Of a stretch of 64,000 nucleotides of DNA, positions 55,959 to 64,000 are shown in pieces. The stretch is from positions 1 to 64,000 of IMG/VR virus record IMGVR_UViG_3300009506_000016; one strand, 5' to 3'. Below the pieces are notes generated by a model. It was not told the origin of the DNA, ran no database searches, and worked only from the letters and a program-made list of their open reading frames with translations. Within the stretch, counting starts at the first letter, position 1, and every line of letters begins with the position of its first letter. Origin of the DNA: a virus. Made by a program: the position numbers and the translations under genes.

Positions 55959-58673
55959 TTAGTTAAATGTGAACCCAAGTTCCTCAACAAATGGCGACCA
56001 GGGACATTCTTGGTTGAGCCACTCTGCCGATTCTACAAGGATCAGCTTGTGCATTGCTCTGGTAGCACCAACATAGGCAAGATTTCTTTCATCTTCGATG
56101 CTGTTTGGGATACCGGTTGGTAATTGACCCTTCTTTCGTTTCGGTGGGACAATCGGAAGTCTTGTCATATTAAGAATGACGTTTGGCTTTTCTAGTCCCT
56201 TATATTTATGGATCGTTGATACCTCAACGACCTCATCTGAATTCTCCGATACTTGAGCAAGACTATCAAGATCGGTGAGGAACTGCTCTACAGTCATGGT
56301 TGTTTTGATAATCTGGCGCAACACATCGAAATCTTCTGCTTTTGATTCTTCACCAGGATCATCAGCGTCCGAGTATCCCTCCTCATGAGCAAGCCAGGGC
56401 ATAACCGATTCGGATAGAATGACGTTCATACAAGCCAGCGCGTCTTGACTGAATTGGCTAATGCGATTCACGAAATAAACAAGGTCGCCAGCACCTTTGG
56501 ATGCAAGAGTTGGATGATGACCTTTATTAGTTTCAAACTGTTGTGCCTCAATTCCTCTCCATGATCCAGCGGCGGCTACGCTTTGAGCGCCATAATAGCG
56601 CACCGTACTCATGTCCACGTTCTCGCGGACCACTACCGGACACCCGCAATCAACCCAAGGCTTCGTATTGGAGCATCCTTCAATATGTCGGCGGCGAGTC
56701 ATAGGCGCTACAAAGTGGTCACTGGCAACATTCGCCACTTCTCTCAGAATATCAAGATCATCGCGTGCGCCCTGATAATTGATTGCCAGCCGCATGTAAG
56801 CCAGCACCTTGCGAATGTGAGATGCGCCAAACAACAATCCGCCATTCAAGTTTATAGCCGGTATCCCTTGCTTTATAAGCTCTGTATGGATAGCGGCACA
56901 CTCAGCGCGTGTTCTGCTGAGTATAGCCCAATCGCCAAACTCCTTACTTTCAAGTAGCTTCTCGGCCACAAAGAGATTAAGTTCATCGAAAGTATCGAAA
57001 GACACATAATCGATTGGCTGTCCTCTCTCAGATCCTGGGCGCGGTAGCGCATCCTCAACCTTGATTTCTCCGGTATAGTTATGGCGAATGAGTTTATTGG
57101 TTGCATCGATGATCACTTGATCTGAACGGTAATTGATAGGCATCCCGAAAGTTTTTGTATCTTTCCAGTGTTTCTGAAACTCAACTTCCATAATTTCAGG
57201 TTTCGCGCCTTTGAACCTATAGATGCTCTGCCGAGTATCACCGATTGCAGTGATGTTCTTCTTTTTCTCAATGATTGAGAATAAGATTTCAGCCTGAATG
57301 AAATCGGTATCTTGAAACTCGTCAACCACAACGAAATCAAACTTTGACATCAGGTTATCGAGAAATGAGCGATCAGTCCGAATTCGTTTTAGCAACTCGG
57401 TCTGCATCATTGTAAAGCTAACAAGGTTATGGGCCTTACAGTATTGAAGATAGCGAAAGTAGATATCCGAAAGCCACTGTGGGGCATCGTAAGGAACATC
57501 GCTGTACCTCGCTAACCTGCTTTCGAACCACACTTTAGAGTTCCTGGTATCGACCATGTTTTCTACCGCAAGGTCAATCCACCATTGGATATTCTTCGGA
57601 CTTTCTTGCCATCCAAATTCATCAAGCGAATCATTGATAATCTGCTTGACTTGGAACCAATGAGGCGATGTGTTACTAAGCACATTCACTTTTACGCCAC
57701 TGGCCTTGAGTAGTCTGAGGCTCATAGCATGAATAGTGCATACCCAATCCACGAGAAACATGCGAATAGGGTCTGCCTCAACCCAATCGCGGTTAAGTTG
57801 TACTTCGGCAAATGGATCATCCTCTTGTTGTGTTCCGGCGTTTGGATCTGCAAAGAAAGCAAGTTCAGCATCCGTTATATCTGCCCATAAAGCCTTGGCA
57901 ATACGAATGCGCATCTCTGCGGCGGCCTTGCGTGTGAACGTAACGGCGAGAATACGGGATGGATCAATACCATTAAGAATCATATTGATTATCATGTCAA
58001 CCATCGTGGTAGTCTTTCCGCTCCCGGCTGACGCGGTAACTTTACTTGCACCGTATCCCAGGTTGTTTACGACTGCAAGTTGTTTGTCATTAAGGCGATT
58101 GAAATCTGGTGGCCTTACTTTGCTTCGATCAACAGGAACAAGAACAGGCGGAAGTGAACTAGACACTTTCGATTCTATCTTTCCATGTTTCTCTTGGTAT
58201 TCTCCGATTGCCATCTTTGCAGACGGATTGATAACTTTCCATCCATTATCATGAGAATATTTGCGGCACGATGCAAACAGCTTTCCAACGTGTTTGCTCT
58301 TTGGATTCTGTACAATGTTCACTCTGAGAAGTTTTCCACAAGTTGCGCACAGGTCCAATTGATCAAGAATGCCAACCATGTTTTCGATCTTCTCGTACAT
58401 TCGTGCTTTCCATCCTGGAGTACGAGTGACATAGTTGAGAAGTTTGGCCTTTTCACTGATCACAAAATCGCCATTGAGATCCATCAAAAGAATTCGAATG
58501 GAGTTCTCACCAGTGGAATCTGCTATTCCACTTGGGCCGATGCTGGAACGGATAATGAGCTTTGCATTTGTTAATGGTACTTCAAACACATGCTCTCCGC
58601 CCACGATTCCAACATCGATTGAGTCATCAGGCAACGCCTGTTTAAACTCGTCAAGTGTAAATCGTTCAATCAT
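55959..58673 (-). CDS. UvrD/PcrA-family SF1 helicase with N-terminal Zn-ribbon extension
   Basis: LNDKQ, ASAGSGKT, TFTRKAA, VDEFQD, GD.RQSIYRF.GA, NYRS, STIHKYKGLE, ERNLAYVGATRA. Confidence 0.92.
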   Translation of the reverse strand: MIERFTLDEFKQALPDDSIDVGIVGGEHVFEVPLTNAKLIIRSSIGPSGIADSTGENSIRILLMDLNGDFVISEKAKLLNYVTRTPGWKARMYEKIENMVGILDQLDLCATCGKLLRVNIVQNPKSKHVGKLFASCRKYSHDNGWKVINPSAKMAIGEYQEKHGKIESKVSSSLPPVLVPVDRSKVRPPDFNRLNDKQLAVVNNLGYGASKVTASAGSGKTTTMVDMIINMILNGIDPSRILAVTFTRKAAAEMRIRIAKALWADITDAELAFFADPNAGTQQEDDPFAEVQLNRDWVEADPIRMFLVDWVCTIHAMSLRLLKASGVKVNVLSNTSPHWFQVKQIINDSLDEFGWQESPKNIQWWIDLAVENMVDTRNSKVWFESRLARYSDVPYDAPQWLSDIYFRYLQYCKAHNLVSFTMMQTELLKRIRTDRSFLDNLMSKFDFVVVDEFQDTDFIQAEILFSIIEKKKNITAIGDTRQSIYRFKGAKPEIMEVEFQKHWKDTKTFGMPINYRSDQVIIDATNKLIRHNYTGEIKVEDALPRPGSERGQPIDYVSFDTFDELNLFVAEKLLESKEFGDWAILSRTRAECAAIHTELIKQGIPAINLNGGLLFGASHIRKVLAYMRLAINYQGARDDLDILREVANVASDHFVAPMTRRRHIEGCSNTKPWVDCGCPVVVRENVDMSTVRYYGAQSVAAAGSWRGIEAQQFETNKGHHPTLASKGAGDLVYFVNRISQFSQDALACMNVILSESVMPWLAHEEGYSDADDPGEESKAEDFDVLRQIIKTTMTVEQFLTDLDSLAQVSENSDEVVEVSTIHKYKGLEKPNVILNMTRLPIVPPKRKKGQLPTGIPNSIEDERNLAYVGATRAMHKLILVESAEWLNQECPWSPFVEELGFTFN

Positions 58674-58674
58674 C

Positions 58675-59217
58675 TTATTCCTCCTTTTTAAGATATTCTT
58701 CTGGAATAGTGGTAGAATCATCAAGCCAACCGTGCAAAGTATCATCGTCAACAAACGCAACTGGTTTAACATACTTGGCAAACAACATGTGACCATCACG
58801 CACACTTGTACCTACCGGAGAAAGCATAGAACTTTTATCTGGAATAGCTTCCTTTCCATATAAATACCATAATCCATCAGGTATTTCTCCGCTCGTCCAG
58901 AATATAGCCAAGTGTGAGTTGTCAAATCCGTAGGCTGGTGAGATAATATACTCAACGTCCTTTTTATAGGGTTCATACTCGCACAATAGGGCGTGCCGGG
59001 TGTTGAAGTATGCGGAGAAGAACAGCGCATCGTATATTCCACGCCCTATAAGTGGATAGCAGAACACCGGCCCAAACTTTGGGGTTGTCTTTCTGCCGAT
59101 TGCGTATTTCAACTGTGCTTTGCTCGCAAGCATAGAGCGGTAATAGTATCCCTGAGATAAGGGAACTTTTGTTACCACCTTAATACAATACTTAACTTGC
59201 CTCTTTTTTCGTGGCAT
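58675..59217 (-). CDS. hypothetical protein
   Basis: AAGGAG SD and own promoter. Confidence 0.7.
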   Translation of the reverse strand: MPRKKRQVKYCIKVVTKVPLSQGYYYRSMLASKAQLKYAIGRKTTPKFGPVFCYPLIGRGIYDALFFSAYFNTRHALLCEYEPYKKDVEYIISPAYGFDNSHLAIFWTSGEIPDGLWYLYGKEAIPDKSSMLSPVGTSVRDGHMLFAKYVKPVAFVDDDTLHGWLDDSTTIPEEYLKKEE

Positions 59218-59262
59218 GTTTCAAACTCCTTTCGGTTTTCTGTGTAACTAATATATGGTTAT

Positions 59263-59291
59263 ATTGTACAATGAAGTTGTGTACTTGTCAA
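59263..59291 (-). promoter_or_regulatory. sigma70 promoter
   Basis: TTGACA-17-TACAAT. Confidence 0.75.
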
Positions 59292-59343
59292 CTATACTGA
59301 GAAAACTCGATTGGTGATATAATCAATAAGCGGGAGATGCTTT

Positions 59344-61188
59344 ATGACAAATTTCAACGACCAAGTAACTGGTATAGACACAAGCGAATGGCAGGATAAC
59401 TCGTCCACGCCGCAAGAGATCGACTGGACAAAGCCACGCACCAACAACATCAAGTTTGTAATCAATCGAGCGTCCTTTGGCACTTATGAGGACAGCATCT
59501 ATGCTCATAGCATAAATAAACAACGTGAGCTTGGATACCTTACAAGTGCATACGGTTTTTATAATAACCTTGCGGGAGCACCAACGATTGAAAATCAAGC
59601 AAAAAAGTTTGCCAGCATTGTTAAGTCCGCTGGTGGAGTAACGCTACCGGCAGTATTCATGGACTATGAGCGTGCAAACTCTAATTATCCTGAGTTACCA
59701 AAACGGGATGGTAGCCTTGATATCATCAAAAGATTCACGACCACCGTTGAGGACATACTTGGTATTGAATGCGGTTTATATACAAGCGCATCACATATTC
59801 GCTATAATATAATGGCAACCGACTATGGTACTTATGGGGATATCCCTACGTGGCTTGCGGTTAAGCCGCTGTGGGTAGCCGCATGGGTGAAAACTTTGCT
59901 TGGAGAAGATCCGATTGATGCTGTTATCAGAACCGGATTTATTCCAAACTTATACAATCAATGGAACAACAAGTACACGATCTGGCAGTTTTCAGAAAAG
60001 GGAGATGGAATTCTTAATGGCATGGAAAGCTATGGACTTGATATGAACAAGTACAACGGTACTTACGCCGATATGCTCTCTTGGGCCAAACATGAAGTTC
60101 CAACACCTGAGCCGCCAGTTGAAATTCCTGATAATGGAGATGTAAATATGTGGGAAGATAACGTAATGATTGCCGCTTTCAATAAGGTGGGCAATTACAA
60201 TGAGCCTACTACGGTAGACTTCAATGCAATTAAGGCAATGGGGTTTAGTGCCGTATTGCTCAGGGCCGGAAGCTCTACAGATCAGCTTAATTATGATGAT
60301 CCGAGCGCAAACTTCGCAGATGATATACGCTACGGCACATTCTTATCGGCGGCAAAGGCCGCTGGACTTATGATCCTGGTGGATTATGACTTCAACGCTA
60401 TGCTCGACAGCGTGAATGCGTATGACGGATCACGCACCTTACAGCACTTAAACTTTGTGTTAAGTGGTGGAAAGGTTCCTAATCTTGGAGGTGGTTTACT
60501 ACTTAACTGTGAGCGCAATACATGGTACGAGAGTGGTAACATGAAAACATGCGTTTCGAGCATGTACGGAAAAGATCTTAAGAACGTGTTCAATGCAATA
60601 TGGGATAAGTACACGCTTGTTCCAGGAGTGAGAACAGGTCGATGGTTCTTGGATAAACAGGACACGAGTGGAGTTGCCATTAAGTCTCAAATTCCCTGGC
60701 TCGACATGGGAAATTTGAGCGTTCCGATATTCTTCGCAAAGCTGGAAAAGACTGTTGGATCTTACATAACCGGTGACGTGCATGATCTTATTGCTGACGT
60801 TCCTGATCCTGCCACCACGTACTTGACAATCAACAACGTTCAAGAAAACGAGCAAGCATATTATCTATACTTTGGTAATCAGACCAAATGGATGGGATGG
60901 GAGCTTGCATGGGTGAAAAACTCAGCAGTCAAAGACAAGTACAACAATGATGCCATGTTCCGCGCTATTCTTTGGGATGGTAACGAAGCAGAATTCCGCT
61001 CGTACTTCAACATTTCCGCAGACGACTCGAATGATGGTAATGATGGAGATAATGGTGACAGCGAAATTCCATCCGCTGATCTTGTTGCATTACAAACACA
61101 GGTGAACGAGCTTGAAGCGATTGTCGCTGATCTTTCAAACAAGATGAATGCTATCGTGGAATGCGGGATCACTATCTCGAAGATGTAA
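59344..61188 (+). CDS. endolysin: GH25 muramidase + second degenerate GH25-like domain + coiled coil
   Basis: GIDTSEWQ, FVINRAS.G, FMDYE, LWVAAW, IWQFS..G, LDMN; Pro-rich linker; second barrel-like domain. Confidence 0.85.
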   Translation: MTNFNDQVTGIDTSEWQDNSSTPQEIDWTKPRTNNIKFVINRASFGTYEDSIYAHSINKQRELGYLTSAYGFYNNLAGAPTIENQAKKFASIVKSAGGVTLPAVFMDYERANSNYPELPKRDGSLDIIKRFTTTVEDILGIECGLYTSASHIRYNIMATDYGTYGDIPTWLAVKPLWVAAWVKTLLGEDPIDAVIRTGFIPNLYNQWNNKYTIWQFSEKGDGILNGMESYGLDMNKYNGTYADMLSWAKHEVPTPEPPVEIPDNGDVNMWEDNVMIAAFNKVGNYNEPTTVDFNAIKAMGFSAVLLRAGSSTDQLNYDDPSANFADDIRYGTFLSAAKAAGLMILVDYDFNAMLDSVNAYDGSRTLQHLNFVLSGGKVPNLGGGLLLNCERNTWYESGNMKTCVSSMYGKDLKNVFNAIWDKYTLVPGVRTGRWFLDKQDTSGVAIKSQIPWLDMGNLSVPIFFAKLEKTVGSYITGDVHDLIADVPDPATTYLTINNVQENEQAYYLYFGNQTKWMGWELAWVKNSAVKDKYNNDAMFRAILWDGNEAEFRSYFNISADDSNDGNDGDNGDSEIPSADLVALQTQVNELEAIVADLSNKMNAIVECGITISKM

Positions 61189-61205
61189 AACACCATATAT
61201 ATATA

Positions 61206-61249
61206 TTAAATGAAAATAACCCGCATGAGAGTGCGGGCTTTTCATTTAA
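61206..61249 (+). terminator. terminator after endolysin
   Basis: CCCGCAT-GAGA-GTGCGGG then CTTTT. Confidence 0.7.
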
Positions 61250-61261
61250 GAAATTTCAATA

Positions 61262-61290
61262 TTGACAGAGATAGTCCTATTAATTATAAT
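61262..61290 (+). promoter_or_regulatory. perfect consensus sigma70 promoter
   Basis: TTGACA-17-TATAAT. Confidence 0.85.
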
Positions 61291-61321
61291 TAATTAAATA
61301 GAATCTATAAGGAAAACGAAC

Positions 61322-61609
61322 ATGAGAATGATTATATTTATTATGTTAGCCATCTCGCTGTTAGTGCCAGCACAAGAGTTGGCCGACTATTGCGTTGTGC
61401 CGTATTCTCCGCAAATCGCTGAATTTGGGGCTCCGGTATATTCTTATCCCGATATGTATGCCGAGATTGTCGGCAGAAAATTTCCCGGAGAGGAAATTCG
61501 CTTATTCGGTGAGCTTCGTGAGTGGTGGTGGGTTTATGGGGGATGGATCGAGAAAAGAAACTGTATCCCCACCTGGAAGATATACATGCCATCAATCACA
61601 AAGAGATAG
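61322..61609 (+). CDS. secreted SH3b-like protein with C-terminal IYMPSI motif
   Basis: Signal peptide; VYSYP....IVG...PGE.I...G....WW.V..GWI. Confidence 0.6.
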   Translation: MRMIIFIMLAISLLVPAQELADYCVVPYSPQIAEFGAPVYSYPDMYAEIVGRKFPGEEIRLFGELREWWWVYGGWIEKRNCIPTWKIYMPSITKR

Positions 61610-61612
61610 AAT

Positions 61613-61750
61613 ATGAGGAAAATAAAAATTGATTGGGAGTTAGTTGTAATTATGTTCCCCGCAATATTTTGGTTGACTTTACTGATTGCATTAATTATCT
61701 TGTTGTGTGTATCTGGTAAAGACATTATTTATCTTATATATTGGAGTTAG
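61613..61750 (+). CDS. small membrane peptide (45 aa)
   Basis: Single long hydrophobic helix filling the gap. Confidence 0.5.
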   Translation: MRKIKIDWELVVIMFPAIFWLTLLIALIILLCVSGKDIIYLIYWS

Positions 61751-61755
61751 CGATT

Positions 61756-62532
61756 ATGAATGATTTATTTCAAGAGATTGGTTTATCTCTTGACTTCGCC
61801 GATGAATTTGACTTGCAACAGCGGCGTGACGAGCGCATGAAACTTTGCATGAAAATGGCACATATCCGCGAGTTACCGTCCGGTGGTCGCAAGATAACTT
61901 ACTGGCGCTGTAAAGATCCGCGCTGTGATAATTGCAATAACTACAAGGGTGAGCAGTACCGCAACCGGATGCTCAGGGTTCTTGAAGAAGGCCGCACGCT
62001 GTATTGTACCTACTTATTTGGTGACGCGGCCAAGAAACTCGTCAGGAGGCTACGCAAAGATAACTACCTGAGATTACCACAGGACAATGAGTTATCTATT
62101 ATATTCTTTACAATGCCAGAAGGAAAGAAATCGCTTGCTGAGGAATACTTCAAAGAGGATGTGATGGAACTTGATTGGACCGATGCCGTGAGATCACGCG
62201 GAAGCTCCATCATATCCGGTAATCTAGGAAAAGAAAAAGAAGAAGAACCGGATACCGGATATATTCTTGTTGAGGCAGAGGATATGGTCGCTGGCCCTAT
62301 CCAAGATGTGATCCAGGCTATCGTGCGAACAAGCACAGGGGTTATCGCATGGCAAGATCCAGAGGACGTAGAAGAAAACAACCGCTTTCGCCGCCACTAT
62401 AACGCCGAGTTGCTAAAAAATCTCAAACTACAAGGATGCCGGGTATTATATACGGTTGAGCATACCATATATGTACCGGACCTAAAGATAAACTTCTTCG
62501 AATTTGATCGAGATGAAATTCCGAAAAAATAG
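61756..62532 (+). CDS. hypothetical protein with Rep/IS91-like N-terminal Zn-binding motif
   Basis: C-x20-C-x4-C-x2-C; GGAG SD; no HUH motif seen. Confidence 0.55.
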   Translation: MNDLFQEIGLSLDFADEFDLQQRRDERMKLCMKMAHIRELPSGGRKITYWRCKDPRCDNCNNYKGEQYRNRMLRVLEEGRTLYCTYLFGDAAKKLVRRLRKDNYLRLPQDNELSIIFFTMPEGKKSLAEEYFKEDVMELDWTDAVRSRGSSIISGNLGKEKEEEPDTGYILVEAEDMVAGPIQDVIQAIVRTSTGVIAWQDPEDVEENNRFRRHYNAELLKNLKLQGCRVLYTVEHTIYVPDLKINFFEFDRDEIPKK

Positions 62533-62582
62533 ATGCGCCGCGCATATTTAAATATATAGAAAAGTTTTGCATTTAAATAGAG

Positions 62583-62613
62583 AGAGCGGCGGATCTCCAT
62601 TGTCCGCCGCTCT
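62583..62613. terminator. hairpin between convergent genes
   Basis: AGAGCGGCGGA...TCCGCCGCTCT. Confidence 0.7.
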
Positions 62614-62622
62614 GGTATTTTC

Positions 62623-62727
62623 TTAGTGTTTCAGCCGTTTATTCTTACGGCGCTCGAAGAAGAACCCGAACGTTCCAGCGCCTCCACCGAGTATGATGAT
62701 CGCAAGGCAGAGACAGCACTCAATCAT
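62623..62727 (-). CDS. small membrane peptide (34 aa)
   Basis: MIECCLCLAIIILGGGAGTFGFFFERRKNKRLKH; overlaps the upstream stop. Confidence 0.45.
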   Translation of the reverse strand: MIECCLCLAIIILGGGAGTFGFFFERRKNKRLKH

Positions 62728-63499
62728 TAGCTTCTTCCTGTTGTTCTAGCTCTGCGAGTACTTCCTTTTCAGCCTTTTCTTTCTCGGCCTTCTCGATCTT
62801 TTCGTTCTCGCGCTCAACTGCCTGGGCCATGAAGTAGAATGGCAATCCATCGCTCTCATCAGGTTCTCGGTAGTTGTTGAGTTCTATTTCCATACCGCCA
62901 TATACCCAATCAGCGATGCTCTTTGACCACTTCTCGGAGTTCCACGTTCCCTTCTGGATAATCTCGCCATACTTCTTCATGATTTCCATCTTTGCGGTTG
63001 GTTCGGATACAGCAAGTGCATGAACAACCTGGAAATCCGAGTAACCGCATACGCTCGACCACCGGTTGCATGATGAGTCCGGGTAATCATCTCTGGCAAC
63101 GAAAGTGTCTGATCTTGGATCATAAATCACTTCAATCACGCTGTTTTTCCGATTCAGAAGATTGATGACAGAGTTTGGATCATCTTTTGTGGTATAGCTG
63201 GACTCGTCATACAGGCCCTTGGAGAGCATCCGGTACATATTGAATAGCAGGTCGATGTCATCGTTGTCAACTTGTAGATTGCGTGTTGAAAATTCGATGG
63301 TATCCAAGTACCAGACTTGCCACCTTTTTCTCTCGCTGGACAGCCATGTGTTCCACTGTATCTTGAGCGGCCAATTTGGAACGTATGAGCTATTGAGTGT
63401 GTTGTAGTATGACGTGAACAAGAGTTCGAGCGTCATATAATCCTGGTTGCGCGACTTATACAGTCCACCGCGCATGTAAATATTCTTTTGTTTCGGCAT
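62720..63499 (-). CDS. hypothetical protein
   Basis: 259 aa, AAGGAG SD. Confidence 0.7.
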   Translation of the reverse strand: MPKQKNIYMRGGLYKSRNQDYMTLELLFTSYYNTLNSSYVPNWPLKIQWNTWLSSERKRWQVWYLDTIEFSTRNLQVDNDDIDLLFNMYRMLSKGLYDESSYTTKDDPNSVINLLNRKNSVIEVIYDPRSDTFVARDDYPDSSCNRWSSVCGYSDFQVVHALAVSEPTAKMEIMKKYGEIIQKGTWNSEKWSKSIADWVYGGMEIELNNYREPDESDGLPFYFMAQAVERENEKIEKAEKEKAEKEVLAELEQQEEAND

Positions 63500-63510
63500 G
63501 ATCTTTCTCC

Positions 63511-63834
63511 TTATTCCTGGTCAAAAAGCAAGAATACGAACGTATCGTTGAAAGCTAGAGTTTTACATACTCCCCATGCCTCAACAATATCGCCATCTTC
63601 TTCACGGATGAAGAATGAGCGAAACTCATACGGTAATCCCATGTCTGTGAACATGGGCGAGAGCCGGTCCTGTAGCGCCTCAACCTCTCTGGTGGTGTTG
63701 ACGTGTACCAGAGTATTGAGATGGACGCTCTTGACTGCCCCGAGCCGTTTGAACTCGATGATCTCGCTACCTTCGCGCCTGGATTCTTTGATCATCGCTT
63801 CTTCGTTTTCATCTGGCGGGAAGTAGTAGCTCAT
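63511..63834 (-). CDS. hypothetical protein
   Basis: 107 aa. Confidence 0.65.
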   Translation of the reverse strand: MSYYFPPDENEEAMIKESRREGSEIIEFKRLGAVKSVHLNTLVHVNTTREVEALQDRLSPMFTDMGLPYEFRSFFIREEDGDIVEAWGVCKTLAFNDTFVFLLFDQE

Positions 63835-63836
63835 GT

Positions 63837-64000
63837 TTACGATCTTTCTGATAAGTAATCACAAAGATGTTTTGTGCCACGCAGAGCGCGATCATGGGCC
63901 TCTTCGTAGTCTTTGACAACAAGACCCCATTCAAGGCTACTGATGATCCAGAAAAATGCTTGCTGTACATTGCCCGGATTGAGATTGCGCACAACATTGC
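63837..64000 (-). CDS. 3' end of a CDS truncated by the window edge
   Basis: Open frame ...NVVRNLNPGNVQQAFFWIISSLEWG...LSERS* ends just before the next start. Confidence 0.5.
   Translation of the reverse strand, partial: NVVRNLNPGNVQQAFFWIISSLEWGLVVKDYEEAHDRALRGTKHLCDYLSERS

Noticed and set aside
1-64000. Numerous 60-190-aa opposite-strand or alternate-frame ORFs in the track (e.g. 6458..7018, 57736..58254, 51955..52362)
   Set aside because: They are shadows of well-supported genes, without RBS or recognisable motifs.

Overview
This 64-kb window is part of a tailed (siphovirus-like) bacteriophage genome of roughly 40% GC. Weak protein-motif clues suggest a Chloroflexota (Anaerolineae-like) host. 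The left arm (+ strand, 1-29.6 kb) is morphogenesis: a frameshifted repeat-rich fibre/decoration protein, protease-scaffold, major capsid, an embedded exonuclease/DNA methyltransferase/glycosyltransferase block, tail tube with a beta-propeller, tail chaperones with a +1 frameshift site, tape measure, baseplate and holin-like genes. The right arm (mostly - strand) holds replication, recombination and nucleotide-metabolism genes (Prim-Pol, DinG-like and UvrD-like helicases, AAA ATPase, MazG, HAD nucleotidase, radical SAM). A tandem-GH25 endolysin lies on the + strand near the right end. No terminase, portal, integrase, replicative DNA polymerase or CRISPR array is recognisable here. The standout is an RNA-centred module at about 38-50 kb. 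It comprises a Ro60/TROVE gene with a T-arm-containing leader and a perfect TTGACA-17-TATAAT promoter driving a ~1-kb non-coding transcript. That transcript holds six tandem Y-RNA-like elements: all share the GGUA-C-G/U(A)UACC bulged-C stem, four have UUAUC, and two carry circularly permuted YrlA-type tRNA mimics. Interleaved with them are three structured RNAs that display the 16S rRNA anti-Shine-Dalgarno sequence in hairpin loops. Two tRNAs, a large vWA protein and an ATP-dependent RNA ligase lie nearby. All product calls come from motifs recognised by eye; no database search was run.
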